Below, in pieces: positions 24,801 through 38,600 of a stretch of 64,000 bases of DNA. The stretch is taken from NCBI GenBank assembly GCA_002269645.1, contig NIVC01000771.1:1-64000 (forward strand). Reading direction: 5' to 3'. The position numbers and the translations under genes were made by a program. Source of the stretch: Macrostomum lignano. Lineage: Eukaryota. The first letter of the stretch is position 1. Every line of letters begins with the position of its first letter. The notes under the pieces were generated by a model. It was not told the origin of the DNA and did not search any database. It saw nothing but the letters and a program-made list of their open reading frames with translations.

Positions 24801-26703
24801 CTGGCACTGCCGTGAGTTCCTTCAGCACACAGCTACAGCACACAGCTACAGCACACACAGGTACAGCACACACAGCTACAGCACACACAGCTACAGCACA
24901 CAGCTACAGCACACAGCTACAGCTACAGCACACAGCTACAGCACACACAGCTACAGCACACACAGCTACAGCACACACAGCTACAGCACACAGCTACAGC
25001 ACACAACTACAGCACACAGCTACAGCTACAGCACACAGCTACAGCAAACACAGCTACAACACACAGCTACAGCACACAACTACAGCACACAGCTACAGCA
25101 CACAGCTACAGCACACAGCTACAGCACACAGCTACAGCACACAGCTACAGCACACACAGCTACAGCACACAGCTACAGCACACACAGCTACAGCACAAAG
25201 CTACAGCACACAGCTACAGCACACAGCTACAGCTACAGCACACAGCTACAGCAAACACAGCTACAACACACAGCTACAGCACACAGCTACAGCACACAGC
25301 TACAGCACACAGCTACAGCACACACAGCTACAGCACACACAGCTACAGCACACACAGCTACAGCACACACAGCTACAGCACACACAGCTACAGCACACAG
25401 CTACAGCACACAGCTACAGCACACAGCTACAGCACACAGCTACAGCTACAGCACACAGCTACAGCAAACACAGCTACAACACACAGCTACAGCACACAGC
25501 TACAGCACACAGCTACAGCACACAGCTACAGCACACACAGCTACAGCACACACAGCTACAGCACACAGCTACAGCACACACAGCTACAGCACACAGCTAC
25601 AGCACACAGCTACAGCACACAGCTACAGCACACAGCTACAGCACACACATCTACAGCACACAGCTACAGCACACAGCTACAGCACACAGCCACAGCATGA
25701 AAATTATTCTTCATTGCCTTAATCTGCCTCCTCTCAGCCCCCTTTTCTTGGAGCGCTGGGACAAAGTTCGCCTCATCGGCCGCGGAGGCTTCGGCGATGT
25801 CCACGAAGTTCGAACTGACACGGGCGTCACGTGCGCTGCCAAGACTCTCAGACTGCCTGTGCAGCTCGGTGATGAGCTGCCCTCTGTGAGCACAGAGATC
25901 CACAGAGCTTTCGAGAGCGAGAGAAACCTGTGCCGACTGCGGCATCCCAACATCGTCAAGTTCTTGCACATCGCTCAGCCGGAGCCTGCCACAGTCGTTG
26001 TGTTCATGGAGCTGCTGGACGGCCGAAGCTTGGAGAGGTTTATCGACAACAAGCCGCTGGACGAGCCAAAGATTCGAGACTTCAGCGAGCAGGTGAGCAT
26101 TGTGCATCCTTGATGCTCCTGTTCCATGTTCCCATGAATGATGACTGCTCACTGACCGACCGCTCGCAGATCTGCCGCGCGCTGCTCTACCTGCACAGCG
26201 AGCAGCCGCCCGTGATCCACAGAGACATCAAGTGCGCGAACATAATTGTTTGTGCTGGCAACACGCGAATCAAGCTGATCGACTTCGGCCTGTCAATCAA
26301 GCTGGAGCAGTCAGTCACCCACGTCTCAGGCTCCAAAGCCATCCCCAAAGGCACTCTGAACTTCATGGCGCCAGAGCTGTTCGGAGCGGGAGAGTCGGAC
26401 AGCGTGCAGTACAGCAGAGAGTCGGACATCTGGGCGTTCGGCTGCTCGGTCTTCCAGATGGCGTCCGGCGCGAGGCCGTTCAAAGGCTATGAAGGATTTT
26501 ATCCAGTCGCTTTTAAAATCACAAACAGCGGCGCCCCCGCCCTGCCGGACGGCCGGTCGGCAGAGCTGAGGGATTTCTACAGCCGCTGCACCGCCAAGGA
26601 GCGCAGGAGGAGAAGATCCGCACAGGAGCTGCTGGAGCACGAGTTCCTGACGGGCGGGAAGCTGAAGGCGGGATTTTTCAGATTTTTCGACGCATGGAAA
26701 TGA
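18875..26703 (+). CDS. Ankyrin-repeat Ser/Thr kinase, gene 1: (ANK-A, ANK-B) x2 + kinase, 10 exons
   Basis: Exons 18875-18913, 19033-19604, 20119-20173, 20247-20728, 22127-22166, 22664-23235, 23750-23804, 23878-24362, 25738-26092, 26170-26703. All junctions are GT-AG and phase-compatible. Ankyrin motifs GDTAAHLAA, GATPLMEAA, GRTALMRAA. Kinase motifs GRGGFG, AAK, HRDIKCAN, DFG, GTLNFMAPE, SDIWAFG. Confidence 0.85.
21268..22060. repeat. CACAGCTACAGCA(CA) satellite in an intron of the ANK-kinase gene
   Basis: Mixed 13- and 15-bp units. Confidence 0.95.
22243..22675 (+). repeat. 54-bp tandem repeat (8 copies) spanning the 3' splice site of the ANK-A exon
   Basis: Unit CATGTTTGAATGTGCAGCTTGGGTGCCTCAATTGCAGTTGCAGGAACTCACTCA; stop-free and in frame (MFECAAWVPQLQLQELTH). 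Confidence 0.96.
24832..25695. repeat. CACAGCTACAGCA satellite (intron before the kinase exon)
   Basis: Same motif as at 21268 and 48530. Confidence 0.95.
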
Positions 26704-27349
26704 GAGAAGCTGAGGTTGTTGTTGACGCGTGTTGAGAACGGTTGCACTATTTTCTGACGGTTCTTGGTTAGCCTTCATTCAGATCCAGCATCCGCCATCA
26801 TCCACCCCAGCATCATCAGCATCCTCAACTCAACCTTACCGCTGAAAATGCGCCTAAAAATGAGACCTAACAAACCATTTTTGCTCACGCCATGATCAGC
26901 ATATCTGTTTTCCCTGCTGTGCGGAGACTGGGTGGGGATTTCTCTGATTTTGATGCGGTTTGAGAAGTGTGGGATCATTCTGTTTGCTGGATGAAGCCGT
27001 GGTTTTCGCTAAAAATTTATTCTAAGCTGGCCCTACGCCGCAGTTTTTCTATTGGACTTTGTGGTACATTTTGTGGAAGGACAATTAAGTCGAATTTAGA
27101 CCAGCTTGTAATTAATTTCTGAGAACGATTGACTCAACTCTGCTCAATTTTCAGACAATATTTACTCAAATTTTCCGTTCCTTGTCTGGAGTTCTCCCGA
27201 ATTACCCATTATTTATTCCAGAACCGTTTGATGAATATCCCGCATACACAGGCTGTAACTGCTTCAACTCCCCTGTGACTGAGTGCCAGGTGCACCCAGG
27301 AAATTTACTCATTTTTTATCTTATAGTGTTTATTTGCACCGCAGGCGTT

Positions 27350-27435
27350 ACCGCCTCTTTTACTCTCTGCCCCACCTCTTTTACTCTCTGCCCCACCTCT
27401 TTTACTCTCTGCCCCACCTCTTTTACTCTCTGCCC
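27350..27435. repeat. 21-bp repeat (CTCTTTTACTCTCTGCCCCAC) x4
   Basis: Direct tandem copies. Confidence 0.9.
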
Positions 27436-27699
27436 TCCCTTAAGCTGCTCAAATTCCAATCTGTACTCAAGCTCTGCTATTTGCCATCTGCTGCTGTTGC
27501 TTTTTTGTGAGCTTTGTGGCGAATTACTCAAATATACTCACGTGTGACTCTCTAGCATACCGGAACTGCCCGACTCTCAGCACTGAGTGGCTGTCGTGTT
27601 TGCTTAACTCAACTGCTGATAAAAATGAAAATGAAATTCGGGGGGTGGGAGAGTGAGATGCTGAAATAGCAGCTGCAGAGAGAGTAGAGCCAGCTGCAG

Positions 27700-28335
27700 A
27701 GAGAGTAGAGACAGCTGAGCTGAGACCTGATGGAGAATAGAGAAACTGAGCTGAGATCTGACGGAGAATAGAGAAACTGAGCTGAGATCTGACGGAGAAT
27801 AGAGAAACTGAGCTGAGATCTGATGGAGACTGGAGAAGCTGAGCTGGGATCTGATGGAGAATAGAAGCTGAGCTGAGATCTGATGGAGAATAGAGAAGCT
27901 GAGCCAGGATCTGATGGAGAATAGAGAAGCTGAGCTGGGATCTGATGGAGAATAGAGAAGCTGAGCTGAGATCTGATGGAGAATAGAGAAACTGAGCTGA
28001 GATCTGATGGAGAATAGAGAAGCTGAGCTGGGATCTGATGGAGAATAGAGAAGCTGAGCTGAGATCTGATAGAGAATAGAGAAACTGAGCTGAGATCTGA
28101 TAGAGAATAGAGAAACTGAGCTGAGATCTGATGGAGAATAGAGAAACTGAGCTGGGATCTGATGGAGAATAGAGAAGCTGAGCTGGGATCTGATGGAGAA
28201 TAGAGAAGCTGAGCTGGGATCTGATGGAGAATAGAGAAGCTGAGCTGGGATCTGATGGAGAATACAGAAGCTGAGCAGGGATCTGATGGAGAATAGAGAA
28301 GCTGAGCTGGAATCTGATGGAGAAGAGAAGCTGAG
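27700..28335. repeat. 31-bp minisatellite (GAGAAGCTGAGCTGGGATCTGATGGAGAATA)n
   Basis: Tandem array; also at ~37945-38160 and ~52910-53620, and degenerate at ~16900-17040. Confidence 0.96.
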
Positions 28336-28409
28336 CTGTCGAGTTGACAATCTCAGCAGTGAAATGCTGAATTGCCGGTCACCGAATGCAATGCAATAAA
28401 TGCAATAAT

Positions 28410-30630
28410 TGATGTAACCACGCTCTGGTCGCGGGATAGGGCATGGGAACTTTTTCGAAAGTGCCTCCTATCCCGTGTACCCTCTGCACAGAGCTGTCGA
28501 GACTCGGCCAGGTCTCCGACCGGGCCTGGAGACTCCCGCTCTGCTGCACCCCTCCTGCTGCCTTGGTCCCGTCTCTCCTGCCGCCACACCTGCCTTTCCG
28601 GAGCCCCTACCCCTTTCTGTACCTCCCCCTCTACCCTATCTCTTCTGTTCCGCCCTATTCTTCCTGTACTTTCTCTACCTCCTCCCTTTTTTTGTCTCCC
28701 TCTGCACTCTTTTCCTGCGCTGTCCCCTCTTTCCCTGTGTCTACTTACAGTACTTTGTGTGCTCACCGTCTCCCCATCCCCTCTCAAACTCCCAAACGGT
28801 GACGCAAGTCGTGTGACCCCTTCTCCCCCTCGGTGACTCATCGATGACTCATCCCCCTCTCTTGCGCAACCTTTTCTCACGCTATTGTTCTCCTTCCCAA
28901 ATTTCTCATGTGACACCCACCCCACCTCCGCTTCTATTGTTCTCGTTTTTGCTTCTTTTGTTCTCTCGACCCCCACCAATTATCACATTTTCTCCGATTT
29001 TCTCTTTCTTTTGTTCTCGTTTTCGCACCTAATTATCACCTTTTCTCCAATGTTTACTTTTCCATTGTTCTCAGTTTTCCCCAATTATCCCCGATTTCCA
29101 ATTCCTTTGTTCTCGACCCCAGCCCTATTGTTCTCAATGTTTGCTTGCGCAACACTTTCGCGACCACCCGCTGCGCCAATTATCCCCCCACCCCACCTCC
29201 GGATTGCGCAATTTCCCGATTTCTCATGTTGCTATGCCGGTCTCATGCTTCTCATCATGACTCATTCTGACGTCATTCTGCCGGCAGCCAATCAGAGAGA
29301 GGGAGCCATGGTAACGACCTTGAGGAGGCGGCTGTGAGGTCTATAAAAGGAAGCGATTTCGGCATGAGAATACTCAACTGAGTTTATCTCTGTTCCTCTC
29401 CTCGTCCTTCTTTGGACTTGCTGTCAGATTGAGTTCTGACCCATTCGTCTATAAGACGAATCCCTGCCGGTCCGCGGTCTGTTACCGCCAAGTTATCCTT
29501 AGCTCCCCAAGTGAGCTCGCCTATCTGCCAGCGGTCTGATACCGCCCAGCATCATCAGCATCGCCTGATCTACATCAGCGCCTCGTCGCTCCAGCGCATC
29601 GCCGCTTCACCGTCTGCCTGACTGCAGCCTACAGCCGCCCTCGGTCACTCCGCCTCTCTCTCTCTCTCTCTGTGCAGCTGCCGGTAAGTTCCTGCTACTA
29701 ATTTGTGCTCTAATTGCCTTTGCTTATCCGGGGTTTGCCTATTTTCCATTGTCTGATCAGAGAGCTGAGCCAATTGTGATACCGTATCTTTTGCTGTATT
29801 TTACTCAATAGTGAAGCCGCCTAATTGCCTGCTTATTTGCCTAAGGGCCTAATTATTAACTATTAACTAACTTCATCATTATTCAATCTTTCACCATCAT
29901 TTCACTCATGGCTTGCTAAGCCTTTCTCCCGGGGTGGCAAAGCATAAGGAAGTTTGGGTAAGCTAATGGCCTCTCCCCGTGCAAAGCCCGCCTGTGAGTG
30001 CGTGCTGCGGGGCCGCGTGTGCGTGCAGTAGAGGGATTAGCGAGTCTTGGCACAGAATGGCAGTAGGAAGGTTGCAACCCCATGCTAACGCGTCCCTTCG
30101 CCCTGAGCAATCTAAACTGTAGACAGTACATGTTCGCCTCATACTACTCTTAGTAATCAAAGTCGCAAGTCAGCCTCGCTCACAGCCACAAAGGATCCCC
30201 TGCTGAGAAATCCTCCAGGATTGAGCCCAGAGTTCCCGATCATGCCCCAAGCAGAGTCCCTGTACTCGGCTGCATGCGTCTCCCCTGTTAGCCTAAATCC
30301 CCTGGTAACCAATCCAGGCGGGGCTCTAGCCTCGAGAGGTCTGGTAGAAAGATCCAGGTGCGCCAGGTCACATAGAGTGGTGGCAGCCACTCGGTCATAC
30401 CATGACCGAGTGACCAACTATTGCACCTTGGCTACAGGTGGGGTCCATGTGGGTCCTTGGCCCTCTGGTCACGAAGCGCTACCAAAGCTACTAATCATGT
30501 GGGCGGGACAGTCTGGTGCTGGAGGTCCGTCAGGTCATTGCCCGGTCATAGGCAGCCTACGGTCATTGCCCCCTCTAGCCATGCGTTCGTCTCTCTACGG
30601 AGCGGACAGGCGACAAGGGCGGTTACATCA
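28410..30630 (+). mobile_element. 2221-bp solo-LTR-like insertion (Gypsy-type ends)
   Basis: Ends TGATGTAACC...GGTTACATCA (10-bp inverted, TG..CA), 4-bp TSD TAAT (28406-28409 / 30631-30634), absent from paralogous blocks X2 and X3. No recognisable coding capacity. Confidence 0.75.
29258..29348 (+). promoter_or_regulatory. Pol II promoter module inside the LTR-like element
   Basis: TGACTCA (29258), TGACGTCA (29268), CCAAT (29288), TATAAAA (29342) in canonical order. Confidence 0.6.
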
Positions 30631-31088
30631 TAATAAAAATAATAAAAATGCAATAAAAAGGCAGGCAGCCGCAGTGCACAGATAAACTGTGTGGAATCCA
30701 AAATCTGCCTGTATGTGAGGGATTGGTGAGAGGGGATGGGTGAGAAGGGAAGGGGTGAGAGGGGGATATAAGATGATTATGGAACATAAGCAATGGTTGT
30801 GTGCAGGAGTACAGCTACCTGAAGGATAGCTGTGAGATTGATAAATTCTGTTAGTTGATATGCGTGCACGTGCAGCTGGCTAAGAGAGCCCTGTGAGCAG
30901 GACTGCTCAAGCTCGCAGCTAACCAAACCTCGAGCTGTGCGAGCATTTGCTACAAAATTAAACAAAACTGCTTGAGAAGCCAGTTTTTCACAAGCCAAAG
31001 ACAGAACAATGAAACCGATGGAGAGGCGGACTCGAATATGCAATAGAATTGAATTTTTACAGATGCGCTACAAAACACGGACTGAGCA

Positions 31089-31904
<816 letters not shown>

Positions 31905-32314
31905 ATGCAGAGTGAAGTGCATCGAAGAGACGCTGGAAAATTTCAAAACAGCGCCCACCCCCAAGAGCCCCAAGGCAGTGCAAGAGGTCTGTGACTCACT
32001 TTTGAGTAAAATAGTCTGCCATACGAATTTTCAGGTGAAATTAAATTTCTGGAAAATTCCACGCAGCCCATCTCTTTTATGACAAATGATATTCTTCCAT
32101 GATACTAAAAATGAGTAAGCGATATTGTTTAAAGACATTTGAAAAATTTTTGGACTCACAGATTATGTACCCCAGGAGGGCAAAGAAGCGATGCATAGAG
32201 ATCGATGGCAGCTGCTGTACCGTGTTTTCTTCATGCTTTTGGAAGTATTGTGGATGCCTCATCAGTATCGATATTGGCCCCTCCAATTGGCCGGCGGCCA
32301 ACCCTGCACCCACC

Positions 32315-32590
32315 CTGTCTCTCTCCCTGCCCCTCACCCTGCATCCCAGCCTGTCTCTCTTCCTGCCCCTCACCCTACATCCCAGCCTGTCTCTCTCCCT
32401 GCCCCTCACCCTGCATCCCAGCCTGTCTCTCTCCCTGCCCCTCACCCTGCATCCCAGCCGGTCTCTCTCCCTGCCCCTCACCCTGCATCCCAGCCGGTCT
32501 CTCTTCCTTCCCCTCACCCTACATCCCAGCCGGTCTCTCTCCCTGCCCCTCACCCTACATCCCAGCCGGTATCTCTCCCTGCCCCTCACC
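32315..32590. repeat. 36-bp repeat (CTGTCTCTCTCCCTGCCCCTCACCCTGCATCCCAGC)n
   Basis: About 8 units; 1-2 units in the paralogous blocks. Confidence 0.93.
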
Positions 32591-33269
32591 CTCAGGCTCG
32601 CACCTGAAAACCCGCAGTGCCGAATATCAAAGGCAGCAAATTTTACAGTCAACGAGAACGCACAGGCGCAATGCAAAGCAGTGAATGCTTTGAGCTGGGC
32701 AGGGTTAGCGCTCAAGCAGTTTGTCTCTGTGTCGCTGTGAGGCAGCCATCAACCCCCCCCCCCAAAGCATTCGCTGCGAGTCTTCTTTTGTCACGCTTTC
32801 GCAGGCTGCTGGCTCGGCTCTCAAACCTCAGCTTCGCCATTGTCCTCTGGGCATTGAGCTCGGCTGGTCTGGAGCTGCTTGGATTGCTGGGGTCGGGGTG
32901 AGTAGAGGCCGCTGTTTTTTGCAGCTTTGATGTGAGCGCAAGTACAGCGCACACAGCCCCGACCCCAGCCCTCAGCTCACGGCTGGGCGAAGCACGGAGG
33001 AAAAAAAGACAGAAGGAGATGCAGAGGCCGCACACAGCAGCCCAGCTGCACACAGCGGTGCCTCATCAGTTCTGCCCCATTGTCCAAAAGCTTTGCACCA
33101 ATATCACCAGCTGTGCACCTGCCTCTCCTTGCCGAATGAGCTCAGCATCTCTGCTGCATCAGTTTGAACTTCTGCTGCTCATGCTGAGCTCTGACGACAG
33201 ATGAAGAGCGAATGGAGGCTGGGAGAGGCAGAGAGTGGCCCTGCGAATTTGCTGACGCAGCTGCTGAGA

Positions 33270-33687
33270 GACTGTTGCAAATTAAGGAAACAGGTGGGAG
33301 ACTGTTGCTAATTAAGGAAACAGGTGGGAGACTGTTGCTAATTAAGGACACAGGTGGGAGACTGTTGCTAATTAAGGACACAGGTGGGAGACTGTTGCTA
33401 ATTAAGGAAACAGGTGGGAGACTGTTGCTAATTAAGGAAACAGGTGGGAGACTGTTGCTAATTAAGGAAACAGGTGGGAGACTGTTGCTAATTAAGGAAA
33501 CAGGTGGAGACTGTTGCTAATTAAGGAAACAGGTGGGAGACTGTTGCTAATTAAGGACACAGGTGGGAGACTGTTGCTAATTAAGGAAACAGGTGGGAGA
33601 CTGTTGCTAATTAAGGAAACAGGTGGGAGACTGTTGCTAATTAAGGAAACAGGTGGGAGACTGTTGCTAATTAAGGAAACAGGTGGG
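33270..33687. repeat. 30-bp repeat (CTGTTGCTAATTAAGGAAACAGGTGGGAGA)n
   Basis: About 14 units; second array at ~56455-56780. Confidence 0.96.
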
Positions 33688-33784
33688 ACAAGCGGAGCGC
33701 AGAGAAACTCGAAATGAGGGCCCAGCAACTGAGCTGAGTGAGAAATTCTCAGAGACTTGCGGTTGCCAGCCTGCTGCAGGGGAA

Positions 33785-34140
33785 GGAGATGGGTGAGAGG
33801 GAGATGGGTGAGAGGGGGTGGGTGAGAGGGAGATGGGTGAGAGGGGGATGAGTGAGAGGGGGATGGGTGAAAGGGGGATGGGTGAGAGGGAGATGGGTGA
33901 GAGGGGGATGGGTGAGAGGGGGATGGGTGAGAGGGGGATTGGTGAGAGGGAGATGGGTGAGAGGGGGATGGGTAGAGGGGGATGGATGAGAGGGAGATGG
34001 TGAGAGGGGATGGGTGAGAGGGGGATGGGTGAGAGGGGGATGAGAGGGGGAGGGTGAGAGGGAGATGGTGAGAGGGGGATAGGTGAGAGGGGGATGGGTG
34101 AGAGGGGGATGGGTGAGAGGGAGATGGGTGAGAGGGTGTG
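33785..34140. repeat. 15-bp G-rich satellite (GGGAGATGGGTGAGA)n
   Basis: Also at ~38380-39365, ~53815-54272 and ~56885-57555. Confidence 0.93.
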
Positions 34141-35268
34141 TGTCAAAGGAGATGGTGAGAGAAACACAATACGAGCTTAGAGACAGTAAGATGGTTATGG
34201 CACATGAGTACAAATCTGAGATTCCAAACCCACGCACAAAATGACAAAGACAAACACAGGCTGTAAACTTTAAGCAGTAATATCAGTTGAGCTATTTCAG
34301 GTCTTAACATGTAGATTAGCGAACAAAAATGTGTCCCAATTAATCAACAGTAAACTGCACATACTTTACATACCATCCAATGTTGATCTGACAGAAAAAA
34401 TGAAACAGCAATACGTAAATTTGAGCAATGCAGTTGAAAAATCGATATATCTATGCAGAACTTCCGAGTCAGTCAGTTGCACTGGATAAATAATGTAATA
34501 ATGTTATTACTCTGGCTGTGTGAGCAGTCAGCTATCTGAAGGATGGCTGTGTGAGCAGTCGAAGAGCTGCCTGAAGGATGGCTACAAGCAGTCAGTCAGC
34601 TGTCTGAATGATGGATATAGATACACATGTACAGAATACAGAGAGATGAGAGCTACTTGTTAATCGGCTCCGATGTCTTCTCAAGTTGGTCTGCTTAACC
34701 TTAGCTACTCAATTGCCGTTAACTGTAGTTCTGTAACTTTACTGTTTCTGTAATGAAAATCTGGTAATCTAATTATGAGCTAAGGTATTTGAGCTTGCAT
34801 GCATAAGCTATGAGCCATAGGAAAATGCTCATAGGATTTGAAATGGGATTTTGGCAAGGTCACCTGGCCGTGTCAACCTGGCCGGGTCACTTGGCCGAGG
34901 CTGGACGGCAACGAGAGGACTCAATGTGAGCCTGGAGCGAGGGGACCAAAGTTATGAAGTAGGCTCCAACGTTGCTGTCGCCAGCCTCTGTCTAAGGCAG
35001 ATCAGCAGATCAGACCAGGACAACACGACCAGTTCAGCAGGAGAACGGAAGTTCATTGTGCTGCCCCGCCTAATGGTATGCAAAAGTGAGATTAGGAAAA
35101 GTCCAGCCTGCTGAAGTTGGCTTGCACTAAGAGCGTCAGGCTCCAACGAAAACTGCTGACATCAGCGCCCAAGATCTGCGACAGCGGTACTGCTGCGACA
35201 CTGGTGGAGCTGCCGAATGCCGCACGACGGCCGGGTCTGATCTAGCCGTGTTCACATGGAACTGGCAT

Positions 35269-35633
35269 TTTTTATTAGAGGCAGAGGGGGGGGGGTTGTG
35301 TGCACCCTGGCGCACTTTAAGCGACATAGGCACACAACCGGCGAGAGGCATTACTGCCCATTCCGCCGACTCCCCTGAGGAGGCATACAAGCGCGCGGAT
35401 ACGTTACGCAGGCACACACTCACACAGGAGTGTACAGCGGCCCTAACTTTATATTATCGTTAGGCATGTACACTTCACTGCGCCTTGGGGGGTTGGCTCT
35501 CAGGGCCGTTAATTGCACGAGCAAAGCCAAGCCGAGATTCCAATTCAGCCCCAAATTAATGTGACTGCACTTGGAATCGAGCCTGGGTCGCTGGCAAACC
35601 AGAGCAGCTGCGCTACCGCTGAGCTACGGCCCC
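35269..35633 (-). mobile_element. tRNA-derived SINE, full length, with TSD
   Basis: 5' head GGGGCCGTAGCTCAGCGGTAGCGC (A box) ... GGCTCGATTCC (B box, one mismatch); 3' AATAAAAAA; 14-bp direct repeat CATGGAACTGGCAT at 35255-35268 and 35634-35647. Confidence 0.85.
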
Positions 35634-38600
35634 CATGGAACTGGCATACAGGCGTTCAATGTTTTTCACTCAAGTAGTGGCTATTGCGTAGTTCTCTAAC
35701 CCTCTTGCTATTGTGCAGTTTCGAATAATGCGACTGAGCACAAATATGAGCGCGGAAAAGAAGAGAAACTTCAAGTTGCGCCAGAACAATGGAGCCATTG
35801 CAGTTATAAGACTTGGTCTGCACATACTGAAAGTAAAAAGAGGTGCGACGATCACCGCCCATTCCGACCCACGAAAAACCGCCTATACATGCTGGTTCCC
35901 TGACTTTCCGGAGTCTGGACAAGCATTTCTTAGAAAACACCAGTTCTTCCAACCAAGAGGACATGAGCGGCTAAAGACCAGAAGCTGGAGGTCGACATGC
36001 GGCAGAGGCTGAGTTGCAGTGAAATGTATCGATTACTGTATTCATTAGTTTAAATAAAAATTGTAAAATATTGAACTATGTAGACAGATCGGTGCACATG
36101 CAGGCGATGTCAATTTCAACCACTGTCTGGTTGCCTCGTCAGACGGAGTCCACGATGAAAACTCTGGACTGCGATGTCTGTGAGGCAGTCATACAGTGTG
36201 ACAGAGCGGACTAGACAGCATCACGCAGGGCTAGTAGGGTGCTGGCGTCAACAGAACCAGATGTTTGAGACGTTGTGGCTCGGCTATAGGAGTCAGCCTT
36301 GTCATGTGGCACAGCAAACGACCTGTTGACTTCATCCCAGGTGCTGTCCGCTAAAATGAAGGCAAAAAGGCCTACCAAATCCAGCCATGTGTGCCGACTG
36401 ATAGCATTTAAATTTCTCTAGCCAGAAAAATCAGAAAATGAACAAAAATGAGTAAAATTGAAAATTGTTTGCTTGCTTGTAGTTGCTTGCCGCATTAATT
36501 CAGCGCTAGTGCTCGATAGTCACCCCAGAAGGCGTAGCATGCCAGCTCTTAGGGGAGTCAAGTATGCTGGGTCAAGCGTAAGACCATCGTTACCCCTTTG
36601 AGAGTCCCCCAGCAGGTGCCAGTAGCCCGACACCACGGCTCTGGGGGGCGGAATCCGTTCGCCCTTGGGAAAAGCCACCTCGAGGTAAGGAGGAGGCAGA
36701 CAGACGGAACAAGCAGCAGATTTTAAAATGTTTTCTACTGTACCATTGCTCATCTCTGCAACCAGCCGGAACCGCATGACATACCTCTAGCCATTGCTCA
36801 GCCTACTTGATACCTGCTGAATAGGCTTATCTGTTTGCCTCCTCTGAAGAGAGAGTTCGAGAAATGAAATATGGCTTGAAAACTACAGATTTACCATGAC
36901 TCTTTGACCCAGCAGAAGTCCAAAAAAGCCATCTTTGAAATCCTATCGCATTGTCTGCACAGTGCACAGGTATGCTGATTAGTACAGTGATTTTAGTTGA
37001 TATCTGTACAGCTCCGTTTAAAACTGACCCATTCTGCCAGAGAGCCTCAGAAGTTGGCCTTCATGGCTGAGAATCGCCTCAGGCCAATCGCACAGAATTG
37101 AACCAACAGCACATGTATAAATGTTTCAGGAGGCAGCTGCTCCGCCCCTCAATTGCAGTCTTGGGCTTCATCAGTTGTTTATCATTAAAGTACAGCCGAG
37201 CTCTGGCACCCCATCTCAATTCTGTCCAGCTCTCGGCCGCAGCAACTCACTGCATTTTGCATTCCTGCCACCTGCAGCCAGCAGCAACAGACAGGCTTTG
37301 AGCCGCACTGAATGGCCTGAGAGCCATCAAATTCTGGGATGCGAGCATGGCAACAAATGCCTTATTTATGACAAAACGCAGTCTTGAGCCGTAGGGAGCG
37401 GGTGGTTAGAGAGGCCAGCTCAACCTCAAGCAGTAGTTATCTCTGCTCGCTCGATATTCTCAGGCCAGCTCAACCTCAAGCAGTAACAGTGCTCGGTGTG
37501 TGTTGAGCAGTGAGCTGGGTGGAGCTGCATTGTAGCTAGACTTGTTTGTCTCAGGGGTTGCGGGGGTTGGGTGGTTCGAGAGGCCAGTATGGGGTGATTG
37601 CGAACTCGAGCAGTTTTCTCTTTGCCGGCTGTTTATCACACCAGACTGTCGCACTGCGAGTGCTGAGCTGGGTGGGGCCGTTCCAGATGAAGGTTAGAGA
37701 TTTAATTAGCGATGAATCTGCAGAGATGAGCAGCGCAAACCTGAGCTGTCTGAGGCTGCAGTGGCGGCTGCTCCCGAATGAGTTGCAGCCCCAGCCTTGC
37801 ACAATGGAGACTCTGCATTGTGCTTGAGCACCCTGCCTGCCCCCTCACTTCACCTTCGCTTCTGTGCTCAGAGATGACGGGCGGAGGCTGGGGCTGGCGG
37901 TCAGCTGCACTTTTTTGATAGAAAACAAGCCTTTTATTTGGGGTCTGAGCTGGGATCTGATGGAGAATAGAGAAGCTGAGCTGGGATCTGATGGAGAATA
38001 GAGAAGCTGAGCTGGAATCTGATGGAGAATAGAGAAGCTGAGCTGGGATCTAATGCAGAGTAGAGAAGCTGAGCTGGGATCTGATGCAGAATAGAGAAGC
38101 TGAGCGGGGATCTGATGGAGAGAGAAGCTGAGCTGGGATCTGATGGAGAAGAGAAGCTGAGCTGTGGAGTTGACAATCTCAGCAGTGAAATTCGGAAGTG
38201 CCGGTCACCGAGTGCAAAATGCATTAAAAAAGGCAGGCAGCCGCAGTGCACAGATAAACTGTGTAGAATCCAAAATCAGCCTGTATGTGAGTCCCGCACT
38301 GTCCTGGTCAGGCACCGAGCTGATGGCGAATGAAGTCTGAGCTAGAAAATGTTCTAAAATAGAGATGACTGAGAGGCGGATAGGTGAGAGGGGGATGGTT
38401 GAGAGGGGGATGGGTGAGAGGGGGATGAGTGAGAGGGAGATGGTTGAGAGGGAGATGGGTGAGAGAGATGGTTGAGAGGGAGATGGTTGAGAGGGAAATG
38501 GGTGAGAGGGAGATGGTTGAGAGGGAGATGGGTGAGAGGGAGATGGGTGAGAGAGATATGAGTGAGAGGGAGATGGGTGAGAGAGAGATGGGTGAGAGAG

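Noticed and set aside
26775-27300. Segments vaguely like H6PD (RRIFSGK on minus; EPFDEYPAY on plus)
   Set aside because: The first is on the wrong strand and lies in the kinase 3' flank shared with gene 2; the second is too weak.
35561-35633. tRNA gene
   Set aside because: Anticodon and acceptor stems do not pair; the tail and TSD indicate a SINE head.
34851-36777. Short ORFs and exon-like pieces around the SINE
   Set aside because: No phase-consistent gene model or domain recognised.
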